64,000 bases of DNA from an uncultured Rhodospirillaceae bacterium (GTDB lineage: Bacteria; Pseudomonadota; Alphaproteobacteria; Micavibrionales; UBA2020). This document shows, in pieces, positions 20,293 through 30,852 of this stretch. Position 1 is the first letter of the stretch; every line of letters begins with the position of its first letter. The stretch spans positions 8,579 through 72,578 of the forward strand of contig CAYZCE010000003.1 of assembly GCA_964476835.1 (NCBI GenBank). The letters run 5' to 3'. The translations under genes were made by a program, and so were the position numbers. The notes under the pieces are model-generated. The model had not been told where the DNA came from. It saw nothing but the letters and a program-made list of their open reading frames with translations, and searched no databases.

Positions 20293-22857
20293 TTACAGCT
20301 TCGGCCAGTTGACCGGGGGCTTGGTGTCCTTCTTTAAGCCGTTGTTATCATTTGCAGATTTAAATCCGTCCTTGGCCTTGCCCTTGAGGCCGAACAGCTT
20401 GGCGAAGAAGCCGCGGTCGGCATCTTCACGCAGCTTCGGCGCGGGAACGCCGTTGGGCTTTTCGCGCAGGGGCTTGCCGGCCTTGGCGATCGACATGATG
20501 CGATCCAGTGTGCGCTTGTCGTGCACGAGTGCCATGAAGTACTTGCGCTCTAGCCCGCGGACGTAGTCCTGCGACACGGTCATGGTGACGTCGGCCTTTT
20601 CGCCGCCGGTCAGTACGCGCGCGACGCGATCGGAAACGACGACGTCGTAGGGCGTTGCCTTGCCGCCCAGGTAGAAGCCGTCAACCGCAAGGCTGAGTGC
20701 CGCGAGGCCGGCTTCGCCCGGCAGCTTGAGATCGCGCGGCAGCTCGGGCTTGTAGTCAACCGCGAGTTCCAACGCCTTCTTCTTGGCATCGGCCAGCAGG
20801 CGCGACTTGTTCATCGTAATCCCGTCGGTCTTGCGGAGGTAGCCGATGTCTTGCGCCTCTTGCGCGGACATCGACATCTTGGCGGTGCTGATGGTCTCGA
20901 ACACCTTGGCCACCGGCGGCATCGGCCCGCCGGGCAGCTTGCCTTCGGCCTGTTGCTTGAGCGCGCGGGTCAGCAGTTCGGTCGAGCCGCCCCAGGCGGG
21001 CAGCAGGCCGACGCCGACTTCGACGAGGCCGGTGTAGAGTTCCGCGTGCGCCTGAACATGTGACGAATGCAGCAGGATCTCGCAGCCGCCGCCGACCGCC
21101 ACGCCCGCAGGCGCGGACACGACGGGGAACTTCGCGTACTTGAGGCGCTTATAGGTCTCTTGACCGTCGCGCACCAGCTTGTCGACCAGCCAGTACTGCT
21201 TGAGCGTCAGCGCGATCGCCGCCTTCTTCAGGTTGGCGCCGCCGGAGAAAAGGCTGGGCGCTTCGTTGTGGATGACGAGGGCCTTGTACTTGCCTTGGCT
21301 ACCTTCGATGAGGTCGCAGGCCTTGTTGATGCCGGCCATCGTGTGGTTGTCGAGCGAGTTGCCCTTGGTGATGAATTCCACGCAGAGGACGCCATCGCCG
21401 ATGTCCCAGACGCTGACAGACTTGTTCTTGAAGACCGGCTTCGACGATGCCTTGACGTCGGAGAGCAGCAGCACGCCTTCAGGACGCTTGATCTCGCCGT
21501 AGTTGCCGTCCTGCTTCAGGAAGCCTTGCTTGCCGGCTTCCGTCTTGTAGAAGCTTTTGCCCGCGGCTGCCTGCAGGAATGCGGGGATCTTGTCGCCTTC
21601 CTTCTTCATGCGGCTGATGACATAGTCGACGCCGACGGCGTCGATCATCTCGAAGGGACCCTTCGACCAGCCGTAGCCGAGCTTCATCGCATCGTCGACG
21701 GAACGCGCGTCGGCGGCGATTTCATGGGCGTGTTCGGCTGCGTAGATGGAGGTCTTCTTGAAGACGGCCCAGGCGTAATCGCTGTACTTGCCGCCGAATT
21801 CGAAGACAGCCTTCATGCCGCCGTCCTTGGCCGCGTTGAGGATGTCAAGTTCCAGTACGCCCGGCTTCTTCTTGCCGAAGAGTTTCTGCAGGAAAGAGCC
21901 GGCGGGCTTGACCTTGATAGCAGGCTTGGTTTCGCCGGTCTTGAGGTCGAGCGCGAACTTCTTCTTGTTCGCGTCGAGGCGGTAGAATCCGCCCTTGCCG
22001 CCCTTGCGGCCGGTGAAGCCGTTCTTGAGCATGTCGTCGATCAGCGGATAGGTCTTGTTGCCGAGGACGTAAGCGTCGTCCGCGGGGAGCTTCGAGGTGA
22101 GGCTCTTGCTGATGTTCGGCATCAGGTCGACGCCGACGACGTCGATGAGGTCGAATATGCCGGTCTTCGGCACGCCCATCGGCTTGCCGTAGATCGCGTC
22201 GGCTTCCTCGATCGAGAGGCCGCGCGCGAAGGCTTCGTTGACCGCGGTCTGCAGCCAGTAGGTGCCGATGCGGTTGCCGATGAAGCCGGGGGTGTCGTTG
22301 CACGGGATGACGGTCTTGCCCATCTTCTCGTCCATGAAGCGGGTCAGCTCGGCGACCTTTTCCTTGTCGTTGTATTCCGAGGTGATGAGTTCCAGCAGCG
22401 GCATGTAGCGCGGCGGGTTGAAGAAGTGGGTGATGACGAAGTCGCGCTTCAGCGCCTCGGACTGGTCGGCGATCAGGTCCTTGAGCGGGATGGTCGAGGT
22501 GTTGGACGCGACGATGGCGCCCGGCTTGCGATAGGCGTCGATCTTCTTGAAGATGTCGGACTTCACCTGCGGGTTCTCGTACACGACTTCGACGACGAGA
22601 TCGCAGTCGGAGATGCGCGACATGTCGTCATCGAGGTTGCCAGGACGGATGAACTTGGCGTTCTTGGGGTGCATGAAGGGGGCGGGTTTCGCCTTGAGCA
22701 TGCGGTCGATCGCGCCTTTGGCAATCGCGGTGCGGTCGTCGCTGGTGGTGTCGGTGCGGTCGATCAGCTCGACCTCGATGCCGGCGTTGGCCAGTTGGGC
22801 CGCGATGCCTGCGCCCATGACGCCTGCGCCGATGACAGCTACTTTCTTGATCGTCAT
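20293..22857 (-). CDS. bifunctional 3-hydroxyacyl-CoA dehydrogenase / enoyl-CoA hydratase
   Basis: Start MTIKKVAVIGAGVMGAGIA (Rossmann fold). C-terminal crotonase fold (FSGGANL, GGGCEILL). 11 nt downstream of the thiolase gene. Confidence 0.9.
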   Translation of the reverse strand: MTIKKVAVIGAGVMGAGIAAQLANAGIEVELIDRTDTTSDDRTAIAKGAIDRMLKAKPAPFMHPKNAKFIRPGNLDDDMSRISDCDLVVEVVYENPQVKSDIFKKIDAYRKPGAIVASNTSTIPLKDLIADQSEALKRDFVITHFFNPPRYMPLLELITSEYNDKEKVAELTRFMDEKMGKTVIPCNDTPGFIGNRIGTYWLQTAVNEAFARGLSIEEADAIYGKPMGVPKTGIFDLIDVVGVDLMPNISKSLTSKLPADDAYVLGNKTYPLIDDMLKNGFTGRKGGKGGFYRLDANKKKFALDLKTGETKPAIKVKPAGSFLQKLFGKKKPGVLELDILNAAKDGGMKAVFEFGGKYSDYAWAVFKKTSIYAAEHAHEIAADARSVDDAMKLGYGWSKGPFEMIDAVGVDYVISRMKKEGDKIPAFLQAAAGKSFYKTEAGKQGFLKQDGNYGEIKRPEGVLLLSDVKASSKPVFKNKSVSVWDIGDGVLCVEFITKGNSLDNHTMAGINKACDLIEGSQGKYKALVIHNEAPSLFSGGANLKKAAIALTLKQYWLVDKLVRDGQETYKRLKYAKFPVVSAPAGVAVGGGCEILLHSSHVQAHAELYTGLVEVGVGLLPAWGGSTELLTRALKQQAEGKLPGGPMPPVAKVFETISTAKMSMSAQEAQDIGYLRKTDGITMNKSRLLADAKKKALELAVDYKPELPRDLKLPGEAGLAALSLAVDGFYLGGKATPYDVVVSDRVARVLTGGEKADVTMTVSQDYVRGLERKYFMALVHDKRTLDRIMSIAKAGKPLREKPNGVPAPKLREDADRGFFAKLFGLKGKAKDGFKSANDNNGLKKDTKPPVNWPKL

Positions 22858-22868
22858 TGAAGTGCTCC

Positions 22869-24038
22869 TTAAGCCTTGGGGCCGTTGTATTTCTTCAGGA
22901 CGGTGGCGATGCCTTGGCCGCCCCCGATGCACATGGTCGCAAGCGCGTGTTCGCCGCCCTTGTCGTGCAGGATCTTAGCGGCTTCGCCGGTAATGCGGGC
23001 GCCCGAAGCGCCGAGCGGGTGGCCCAGCGCGATCGCGCCGCCGTTTTGGTTGATCTTGGCCGCATCGTCCTCGAGGCCGAGTTCCTTGATGACCGCGAGC
23101 GATTGCGCGGCGAAGGCTTCGTTCAGCTCGATGACGTCGATCTGGTCGAGCGTCAGGCCGGCCTTGGCCAGCGCCTTCTGGGTCGCTTCGACCGGGCCGA
23201 TGCCCATGATCTCGGGCGCGCAGCCGGAGACAGCGAAGGACTCGATCTCGGCGAGGATGACGAGGTTGTTCTTGATCGCGAAGTCTTCCGAGCAGACCAG
23301 CACGGCGGAAGCGCCGTCGGTGACCGGCGACGAGGTCGCGGGGGTGACCGAACCGCCGTCAGCCTTGAACGCGGGTTTCAGCCTGGCGAGGTCTTCCAGC
23401 TTGGACTCGGGGCGGGGGCAGCCGTCTTCGGAGACCACCTTGCCCTTCGGCGTGGTGATGGGAACGATTTCAGAGGCGAATTCGCCGGCCTTCTTGGCCG
23501 CAGCGGCCTTGAATTGGGATGCGAGCGCGAACTTGTCCTGCTCTTCGCGGGTGATGCCGTACTTGGCGGCGAGGTTCTCGGCGGTTTCGCCCATGCCCAT
23601 GTAGTTCTCGGGGTGTTCTTTATATACCTTAGGGTTCGGCGAGGGGTTGAAGCCGCCCATCGGCACGCGGCTCATGCTCTCGACGCCGCCTGCGATGACA
23701 GCGTCCGCCATGCCCATGGCGATGGCGCCGGCTGCGTCGTGGATCGCCTGCATCGAGGATCCGCAGAAACGGTTGATGGTGAGGGCAGGAACCTTGCCCA
23801 TGCCGGCCTGCAGCGCCACGTGGCGGCCGAGGTTGAGGCCCTGCTCGCCTTCCGGCATCGCGCACCCCAGCTTGAGGTCTTCGATCAGCGCGGGGTTGAC
23901 GCCCGTCTGCGCGATCAGGCCTTGAACGGTCTGTGCCATCAGGTCATCTGCGCGGACGTCTTTCAGCTCGCCTTTGTTGGCAGGCGTGAAGGGGGAGCGG
24001 ACGAAACCGGCGATAACGACTTTTCTGGATTCGGTCAT
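22869..24038 (-). CDS. acetyl-CoA C-acyltransferase (3-ketoacyl-CoA thiolase)
   Basis: NRFCGSSMQA, NQNGGAIALGHPLGASG and MCIGGGQG motifs. ATG 24038 preferred (AGAGAGG upstream). Confidence 0.9.
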   Translation of the reverse strand: MTESRKVVIAGFVRSPFTPANKGELKDVRADDLMAQTVQGLIAQTGVNPALIEDLKLGCAMPEGEQGLNLGRHVALQAGMGKVPALTINRFCGSSMQAIHDAAGAIAMGMADAVIAGGVESMSRVPMGGFNPSPNPKVYKEHPENYMGMGETAENLAAKYGITREEQDKFALASQFKAAAAKKAGEFASEIVPITTPKGKVVSEDGCPRPESKLEDLARLKPAFKADGGSVTPATSSPVTDGASAVLVCSEDFAIKNNLVILAEIESFAVSGCAPEIMGIGPVEATQKALAKAGLTLDQIDVIELNEAFAAQSLAVIKELGLEDDAAKINQNGGAIALGHPLGASGARITGEAAKILHDKGGEHALATMCIGGGQGIATVLKKYNGPKA

Positions 24039-24231
24039 GGGGCTAAACCTCTCTATATAAATAAGCATGGGTCAGGATTGTGGAATATCGCAAAGAGGAT
24101 AACCCATGCTCAGAAGGAGGTAAAGGCAAAAAACATAATATGGTTATTCATTTTTATTGAATAAAATCAATGATGTTTTTTACCTACTCCGGACTCGACT
24201 GTGACATTATTACAACAGTTATGTCAAAGAA

Positions 24232-25164
24232 TCAGTGCTTCTGCCCGCCCGTCCGGTAGAGCGAATAGAGAATCCCGGACGAGAGCAGCCCGACCACCAC
24301 GCCCAGCGAGATCATGGGCGGGAACTCGTGCATGCCGAGCGCCTTGATGATGAAGATCTTGCTGCCGATGAAGACCAGCACCAGCGCCAGCGCGTACTTG
24401 AGGTACTGGAAGCGGTTGAGCACCGCATCGAGCGCGAAATAGAGCGCCCGCAGGCCCAAGATGGCGAAGATGTTGCTGGTGTAGACGATATAGGTGTCGG
24501 TGGTCAGCGCCAGGATGGCGGGCACGCTGTCGACCGCGAAGACGATGTCGATGCACTCGATCACCACCAGCGTCAGCAGCAAGGGGGTGAACAGCATCCG
24601 CCCCTTCTCGCGCACCATGAAGCGGCCGCCGTGCAGGCCGTCGGTGACGGGCAGGTACTTGCGCGCCGTGCGCACGATCGGGTTCTTCGAGATGTCGGGG
24701 TGCGCGTCGCTCTTGGAGAACAGCATCTTGACGCCGGTGAACATCAGGAAGGCCGCGAAGACATAGAGCACCCAATGGAAGTTGGCGACGATCTCCGTCC
24801 CCGCCGAGATCATGATGCCGCGCAGGACGATGACGCCCATGATCCCCCACAGAAGCACATGGTGCTGGTATTTCCGCGGCACGGCGAAATAAGAGAAGAT
24901 CAGCGAGATGACGAAGATGTTGTCGAGCGACAGCGTCTTCTCGACGAGATAGCCCGTCCAGTACAGCTGCGCGCTGTCCGGCCCCAGCGTGTACCAGACC
25001 CAGCCGCCGAAGGCGAGGCCGATCAGGATATAGCCGGCGCTGTAAAGCAGGCTTTCCTTGATGCCGATCTCATGGTCCTTCTTACGCAAGAGGCCGAGGT
25101 CGGCAACGAGAAGGGCAACGACGACCGCGATAAACACGGCCCACATCCAAAGCGGCTTGTCCAT
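24232..25164 (-). CDS. TerC-family integral membrane protein
   Basis: Polytopic membrane protein with TerC motifs (EKTLSLDNIFVI, AVDSVPAILA). Confidence 0.85.
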   Translation of the reverse strand: MDKPLWMWAVFIAVVVALLVADLGLLRKKDHEIGIKESLLYSAGYILIGLAFGGWVWYTLGPDSAQLYWTGYLVEKTLSLDNIFVISLIFSYFAVPRKYQHHVLLWGIMGVIVLRGIMISAGTEIVANFHWVLYVFAAFLMFTGVKMLFSKSDAHPDISKNPIVRTARKYLPVTDGLHGGRFMVREKGRMLFTPLLLTLVVIECIDIVFAVDSVPAILALTTDTYIVYTSNIFAILGLRALYFALDAVLNRFQYLKYALALVLVFIGSKIFIIKALGMHEFPPMISLGVVVGLLSSGILYSLYRTGGQKH

Positions 25165-25599
25165 TTAGCTATGAATCCAGAGGTAAGAGAAAAATGCGGT
25201 CAAGACCGCGGCCCAGAAGAGATAAAGTGAATTGCCCTTGAGGCGGAACACCGCGCCGCCCGCCAGCGCCGCGACGGCGGAGGCGAGGAAAAGCGCAGCC
25301 GCGCGCACCAGCATGACGATGATTTGCGCGGCCGGCGTCGGGGTCGGCACGGTCCCGTCGAGGTAGGCTTGCAGGAAACCGAGCTTCACCGCGTGCACAA
25401 AAGGAAACGGCCCGTTGTAAATCGTCGCGAAGATGCCGGCGAGCGCGAAGATCAGCGTCAGGCTGATCAGCGGCGGCGCATGAATCCGCGGCATGTGCCA
25501 TGCCCTGGCCGACTGCTGCTCTTCCTTCGCGGCCTGGCGCATGCGTTCGGCGATATTGGATGCGGGATGGTGGGGCTTTTCCTGCCAGTGCGGCTTCAT
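25165..25599 (-). CDS. hypothetical membrane protein (144 aa)
   Basis: ORF abutting the terC start. About 4 predicted hydrophobic helices. No motif recognised. Confidence 0.45.
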   Translation of the reverse strand: MKPHWQEKPHHPASNIAERMRQAAKEEQQSARAWHMPRIHAPPLISLTLIFALAGIFATIYNGPFPFVHAVKLGFLQAYLDGTVPTPTPAAQIIVMLVRAAALFLASAVAALAGGAVFRLKGNSLYLFWAAVLTAFFSYLWIHS

Positions 25600-25601
25600 C
25601 T

Positions 25602-26951
25602 TTACGCTTTCACGATATTGGCGCGCTCGGCCACGGCAGCCAGCGCGTTGCGCGTGTCGACGACCAGCTTTGCGTTCTGCGCGATCATCTTGTAGTCGAT
25701 GTTGTCATGGTTGGTGACGATCAGCACGGCATCGGCCTTCTTCACGGCGTCCGGCGTCAGCGCGACGGAAGCGCGGCCGGTAAAGGCCGCATGCTCGCGC
25801 GTCGGCGGTATCGCGTCGACGTAAGGGTCATGGAAGGCGACCTTGGCTTTCGCCTTTTCAAGATGCTCCATCACCGCGAAGGCCGGGCTTTCGCGGATGT
25901 CGGCGACGTTCTTCTTGTAGGCCATGCCGATGATGAGGATATTCGCGCCGTTGAGCGGCCTGGCGAAGCGCGCGTTGAGCGCCTCCGCCGTCTTGGTGAC
26001 GACGTAGCCGGGCATGGCGATGTTGATCTCGCCGGCCAGCTCGATGAAGCGCGTGGTGATGTTGAACTCGCGCGCCTTCCACGTCAGGTAGAAGGGGTCG
26101 ATCGGGATGCAGTGCCCGCCGAGACCGGGGCCGGGGTAAAACGGCATGTAGCCGAAGGGCTTGGTCTTGGCGGCCTCGATGACCTCCCAGATATCAATGC
26201 CCATCGCGTCGTAGATGACCTTGAGTTCGTTCACCAGCGCGATGTTGATGGAGCGGAAGATGTTCTCGGTCAGCTTGACCGCTTCGGCGGTCTCGGCGCT
26301 GGAGACGGCGACGGTCTTCTCGAGGAATTCGCCGTACATTGTCTGCGCGATCTTGAGCGACGCCGGTTCCAGCCCGCCAACGACTTTCGGCGTGTTGGTG
26401 GTGTGGAACTGCGCGTTGCCGGGGTCTTCGCGTTCGGGCGAGAAGGCGAGGAAGAAATCGACGCCGCTCTTGAGGCCGGTCGCCTCTTCCAAAATCGGCT
26501 TCACCACGTCGCGCGTGGTGCCCGGCCACGTCGTCGATTCCAGCACGACCAGCTGCCCGCGCTTCAGGCGCGGCGCGATGGTTTGCGCGGTCTTGACGAT
26601 ATAGGTCATGTCCGGTTCGCGGTTGCGGTCGAGCGGCGTCGGCACGCACATGATGATCGCATCAACCTCCGACAGGCGGTCGAAGTCGGCGGTGGCTTCG
26701 AACTTGCCGCTCTTCACGAAACCGCTGACGCGGTCGTTGTGGATGTTGCCGATGTAGGATTCGCCGCGCGCGAGCTTGTCGATCTTGCTCTGGTCGATGT
26801 CGAAGCCGATGGCGGTGAAGTCCTTCGCGCACATCGCGCAGGCCAGCGGCAGGCCGACGTAGCCGAGGCCGATCACGCCGATCTTCACCTTGCGCTCGAC
26901 ATAGGCGCGGCACAGGGACTCGACGTTGAGCGGCGTTTCTTGCTTTGACAT
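25602..26951 (-). CDS. nucleotide-sugar (UDP-sugar) dehydrogenase
   Basis: N-terminal Rossmann IGVIGLGYVGLPLA and catalytic region GLGGHCIPIDP. ATG 26951 is preceded by AAGGA. Confidence 0.85.
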   Translation of the reverse strand: MSKQETPLNVESLCRAYVERKVKIGVIGLGYVGLPLACAMCAKDFTAIGFDIDQSKIDKLARGESYIGNIHNDRVSGFVKSGKFEATADFDRLSEVDAIIMCVPTPLDRNREPDMTYIVKTAQTIAPRLKRGQLVVLESTTWPGTTRDVVKPILEEATGLKSGVDFFLAFSPEREDPGNAQFHTTNTPKVVGGLEPASLKIAQTMYGEFLEKTVAVSSAETAEAVKLTENIFRSINIALVNELKVIYDAMGIDIWEVIEAAKTKPFGYMPFYPGPGLGGHCIPIDPFYLTWKAREFNITTRFIELAGEINIAMPGYVVTKTAEALNARFARPLNGANILIIGMAYKKNVADIRESPAFAVMEHLEKAKAKVAFHDPYVDAIPPTREHAAFTGRASVALTPDAVKKADAVLIVTNHDNIDYKMIAQNAKLVVDTRNALAAVAERANIVKA

Positions 26952-27029
26952 ATGATAAGTCCTTATCAGGGGCATTCAAAACTGCCCGAGCTTACCATTC
27001 TTCACAGGGCGGAATAAAGGAACTTCGGC

Positions 27030-27575
27030 TTATGCCCGCAGTTCCGCGCGGGGGCGGAACGGGATGACGACGCCCCAGCTCTCGCGCGGCGCGGCGGCGG
27101 GTGCCGGCTGCGCCTTGCGGCGGACGGGGACGCCCGAGAATCGCGGCGCGTCGTCGGCCGAGGCATGCAGGATGTCTTGCTTGTTGAAGGCTTGCTCCAC
27201 CATCAGGATGCTGATGTCGAGGGCGCGGGCGTGGAAGATGCTCAGGCCCAGCTCGACGATGGCCTTTTGCGGCTGCGCGTATTCCTCGCCGTCGAAGGCG
27301 ATCTTGGTGACGGTGTAGGAAATGCCGGTCTTTTCGGCGTGCAGGTAGAAGCTTTCGGTATAGGACTGGTGGAAGCGGCCGGTATCGTCTTCGTAGTTGT
27401 GGCGCGCATGGCTGAGTTCCGCGATGAGGCGCTTGCCGCCTTCGATCAGGCGGATCTCGGCGAAGCCCGACAGCTCGCCGGTTTCGGCGTCGAAATAGTG
27501 CCAGCGCATCTGGCCCTTTTCCTTCACTTCGGGGGCGCCCATCTTGGCGAGAAGATCTTGCAAGCTGTACATCAT
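27030..27575 (-). CDS. hypothetical protein (181 aa)
   Basis: GC3-biased ORF with a Pro/Ala-rich C-terminal tail. No motif recognised. Confidence 0.5.
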   Translation of the reverse strand: MMYSLQDLLAKMGAPEVKEKGQMRWHYFDAETGELSGFAEIRLIEGGKRLIAELSHARHNYEDDTGRFHQSYTESFYLHAEKTGISYTVTKIAFDGEEYAQPQKAIVELGLSIFHARALDISILMVEQAFNKQDILHASADDAPRFSGVPVRRKAQPAPAAAPRESWGVVIPFRPRAELRA

Positions 27576-27687
27576 GGCGTCTCTCCTTTGTCACCCTCAC
27601 CGTAGCGGAGAAAGGTTTACAAAGGATGAAAGTAAAAACCCGGCCGCGCTTTCGCGGGCCGGGTTCTTAAGCTGTTGAAACCGCTAG

Positions 27688-28461
27688 TTATTTTTTCGCG
27701 GGTGCGGGGGCAGCGGCGTCGGGCTTCTTGCTGCGCGCGTCGGCGATCATCTTCTCGAGATCGGACTGTTCGTAGGCGCCGAAGGCGATCTGGTCGCCGA
27801 TGATGAAGGCCGGCGTGCCGGACAGGCCGAGGCTGGCCGCAAGGTTGCGGTTCTTCTCGATCTGCATCATCACGTCGGTGCTGCCGGCGTCCTTCTTCAT
27901 CTGCGCGATGTCGAGGCCGGCGGCGCGCGCGGCCTTTTCAAGCGTCTCGTCGTTGACGGGGCCCTTGTTCTCCATCATCGCCTTGTGGAACTCGAAATAC
28001 TTCTTCTGCTTCTGTGCGGCGAGCGCCCACTTGGCGGCGGTCTCCGACGTAGGGCCCAAGATCGGGAAGTCCTTCATGATGAAGCGCAGGTTCTTGTCCT
28101 TGTTCATCAGCGACAGGACGGTCGGGAACGACTGCTTGCAGTAGTGGCAGTTGTAATCCATGAACTCGACGATGGTCACGTCGCCCTTGGGGTTGCCGAT
28201 GGTCGGCGCGTCGGCGTCGTTGTAGACGGCGTCCTTGTTCTTCTTGAGCGCGGCGTCCTGGTTGTCGCGCTGGGACTTCTTCTGGTAGTCGTCGACCGCG
28301 GTCAGGATCGTCTCGGGGTTGCTGATGATGTAGTCGTGCACGATCTTCTCGACGTCGGCCTGCGTCAGTGCTTTCTGCGCGGGCGCGTCGGCCGCCAGCG
28401 CGGGCGAGGAGACGGCAAGGACGATGGCGAGGGCGGCGAGGATACGGCGGAGTGCGGTCAT
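27688..28461 (-). CDS. DsbA-family thiol:disulfide oxidoreductase (Com1-like periplasmic protein)
   Basis: Signal peptide ...SSPALAADAP and thioredoxin active site CHYC (FMDYNCHYCKQ). Confidence 0.85.
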   Translation of the reverse strand: MTALRRILAALAIVLAVSSPALAADAPAQKALTQADVEKIVHDYIISNPETILTAVDDYQKKSQRDNQDAALKKNKDAVYNDADAPTIGNPKGDVTIVEFMDYNCHYCKQSFPTVLSLMNKDKNLRFIMKDFPILGPTSETAAKWALAAQKQKKYFEFHKAMMENKGPVNDETLEKAARAAGLDIAQMKKDAGSTDVMMQIEKNRNLAASLGLSGTPAFIIGDQIAFGAYEQSDLEKMIADARSKKPDAAAPAPAKK

Positions 28462-28521
28462 GTCATGTTCCTTCTGGGTTAAATAAACTTGTCTTGAATC
28501 TGGAAGCTTGCGGTCGCGAAA

Positions 28522-29868
28522 TCAATCCCCTTTTTGCTGTTTTTTCAAATCCGGCACGGCGTTGAGGATATCCTGTGCGCGCAGCCATGCGGGCGTGCCG
28601 GTCTTGAGGTGGGTGAGCGCCAGTTCCGCTTCACGTTTTGCGAAATCCGGCTTGTTCTGCATCATCGCCTCTTCCGCGAGGTGCAGGCGCGACAGCCCTT
28701 CCTCGCCCAGCTTGCCATAGGCGATGGCGAGCAGGTAATGCGGCTCCGACGTCTGCTTTTCCCGGGTGAGGGCGAGCTGCAATTGCTGCACGGCTTCGGT
28801 CAGGTGCGCTTTCTGGTCGCCTTTCTCCTCGATCAACGCGTGCGCATAAGCGATGCGGATCAGGCCGGAGAACGGCGCGAGCGTGACCGCGCGCTGGTAA
28901 GCCGCCGCGGCCTTGTCGACCTTGCCGGCATCGAGCAGCACCTGCCCGTCGAGTTCGTGGAAGTACGGGTTCTTCGGCTCCGCCTTGATGAGGCCGTCGA
29001 TCAAGGCAAGGGAGTCGTCGGGTTGGCCTTTGCGGAACAGCGCGATGGCGCGCGCATAGCGGCCGTCGATGCTGTCATCGGATTTTTTCTGCAGCACGCG
29101 GTCGGGATAGAGGTAGCCGGACAGCTTCGCCTTCATGCGGCGGTGCAGCTCGAACCACGCGTCCGGCATGGCGCCTTGCGGCATGGTGTCGACGACATGC
29201 TGCAGGAAATCGACGCGGTCCTGCGACAGGGGGTGCGTCATCACGTATTGCGACTGCTGCGTCTCCGGCAGCAGTTCCTGCGATTCAAGCTTCTTCATGA
29301 AGCTGAGGAATCCGGTGACCGGCAGGTGCGCGCCTTCGAGGAAGCGCACGCCCGCCTGGTCGGCCGAGCCTTCCTGCGTGCGTGTGTGGTGCAGGAACTG
29401 GCGCGTGGTGATCGTGGTGCCGATGCTCGAGGCGGCGATGCCTGCGTCCGGCGCATGCGCCGCGATGCCGACCGCAATGCCCAGCACGCTTGCCAGCATC
29501 GCCTGCAGCGTCAGGCCCGATGCGGCAGTCGCGCCGAGGAATAGGTGGCCGCCCGCGATGTGGCCGGTCTCGTGCGCGATGACGCCGACCAACTCGGCAG
29601 GGTTCTGCGTCTCAAGGATCAGGCCGGTGTGCAGGAAGATGTTCTGCCCGCCCGCGACGAAGGCGTTGAGTTCAGGGTTTTCGAGGATGACGAAGCGGAT
29701 GCTGTCGGGCGCAAGGCCTGCTTGCTCGAAGATCGGCTTCGTCATGACCTTGAGCGATTGCTCGATCTCTTCGTCGCGGATGATGTTGAACCCGTCGGCG
29801 CGCGCTGGCGTGGCAGAGACCATCGCCGCCAGCGCGAGGGCGGCCGCTATGTGCTTGAGCGGGCGCAT
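28522..29868 (-). CDS. M48-family zinc metalloprotease with C-terminal TPR (BepA/YfgC-like)
   Basis: Signal peptide, HETGHIAGGH (HExxH) and TPR-like C-terminal half. Confidence 0.85.
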   Translation of the reverse strand: MRPLKHIAAALALAAMVSATPARADGFNIIRDEEIEQSLKVMTKPIFEQAGLAPDSIRFVILENPELNAFVAGGQNIFLHTGLILETQNPAELVGVIAHETGHIAGGHLFLGATAASGLTLQAMLASVLGIAVGIAAHAPDAGIAASSIGTTITTRQFLHHTRTQEGSADQAGVRFLEGAHLPVTGFLSFMKKLESQELLPETQQSQYVMTHPLSQDRVDFLQHVVDTMPQGAMPDAWFELHRRMKAKLSGYLYPDRVLQKKSDDSIDGRYARAIALFRKGQPDDSLALIDGLIKAEPKNPYFHELDGQVLLDAGKVDKAAAAYQRAVTLAPFSGLIRIAYAHALIEEKGDQKAHLTEAVQQLQLALTREKQTSEPHYLLAIAYGKLGEEGLSRLHLAEEAMMQNKPDFAKREAELALTHLKTGTPAWLRAQDILNAVPDLKKQQKGD

Positions 29869-29869
29869 G

Positions 29870-30367
29870 TCAGTTCAGGAACATCCCTTTGGGCGTATAG
29901 GCGCCGACGATGCCGTGCGTGTACCAGTCCACCAGCTCGATCATGCCGTAGCCTTGCTGGAACAGGCGGTCGTTCTGCGCGACCAGCTTCAGCGTGCGGC
30001 GCTTGTCGATGTCGGAGAGTTCGTAGAAGGTCGGGCCGAGTTCCAGCACCGGCATCTGGCCGTTGCGCATGTAGCTGCGCTCGAAGATGCGCGCCTTGAA
30101 GAAACGTTGCACGGTGTTGTCCGCCGTCCACCATGAATTCCATGCGGAAGGGTCCCAGCCTTGCCCATGACCCGCGTCGGGATGCGGGTCGCGGTTGGAG
30201 ACGAGCGGCGAGAATTCGTAGTAGTCCGGCTTGTCGAACATGTGGTCGGGATAATACGGCACGCCCTTGGTGTCGCGGTTGGCGGTGCGATAGTCGGCGG
30301 CGTGCGCGGCGGGAACGGCGACAGAAATCGCCAGCAATACCGCAAGAATCCTGAAGATCGTGGCCAT
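29870..30367 (-). CDS. secreted hypothetical protein (165 aa)
   Basis: Signal peptide MATIFRILAVLLAISVAVPAAHA. Trp/Tyr-rich mature part. No recognised family. Confidence 0.55.
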   Translation of the reverse strand: MATIFRILAVLLAISVAVPAAHAADYRTANRDTKGVPYYPDHMFDKPDYYEFSPLVSNRDPHPDAGHGQGWDPSAWNSWWTADNTVQRFFKARIFERSYMRNGQMPVLELGPTFYELSDIDKRRTLKLVAQNDRLFQQGYGMIELVDWYTHGIVGAYTPKGMFLN

Positions 30368-30456
30368 GAAAACCCCCTGCCCCCACTATAGACCACTATA
30401 TAAATAAAAAGTTAATGCTTTATATATAGAATGGAAGAACGGGCAGGAGTGGAATC

Positions 30457-30852
30457 ATGACCGATACGCTATCCATCGCTTTGAGCGGGCTGACGGCACA
30501 AAGCCGCCGGTTCGGCACCATTGCAAACAATATCGCCAATGTGGGCACGGTGGGCGCGTTGCCGACCGCTGCATCTCCTGCCTCGACCGTCTATAAACCC
30601 CAAAGCGTCAGTTATGCCGCGCTGTCTGCCGGTGTCCGGGCCGATGTGACGGAAGATGCACAAGGCTATTCCGCAGCTTACGACCCCACCTCGCCTTACG
30701 CCGACGCGCAAGGATTGGTCGCAGCGCCGAATGTCGACTTTACGCAGGAATTGACGTCGCTTATGGCAACCAAGACGGCCTATAAGGCCAACATCTTTGT
30801 CATCCGCACGCAGGATGAGACGATAGGCGAACTGCTCAATACCTTATCTTAA
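30457..30852 (+). CDS. flgC: flagellar basal-body rod protein FlgC-like (orphan copy)
   Basis: N-terminal rod motif (LSGLTAQSRRFGTIANNIANV). C-terminal YDPTSPYADAQGLVAAPNVDFTQELTSLMATKTAYKANI parallels the FlgC Y.P..P.AD..G.V..PNV....E.......R.YQAN pattern. AGGAG RBS. Confidence 0.75.
   Translation: MTDTLSIALSGLTAQSRRFGTIANNIANVGTVGALPTAASPASTVYKPQSVSYAALSAGVRADVTEDAQGYSAAYDPTSPYADAQGLVAAPNVDFTQELTSLMATKTAYKANIFVIRTQDETIGELLNTLS

Noticed and set aside
24144-24164. Inverted repeat TTATTCA-N7-TGAATAA upstream of the thiolase operon, considered as a FadR-type operator or terC terminator
   Set aside because: It is an AT-only 7-bp arm pair in an AT-rich spacer. That is too weak and unspecific to call without comparative data.
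25165-25601. Expected yybP-ykoY (Mn) riboswitch upstream of the TerC-family gene
   Set aside because: The TerC gene abuts an upstream ORF, which itself starts 2 nt from the preceding gene. There is no leader long enough for a riboswitch.
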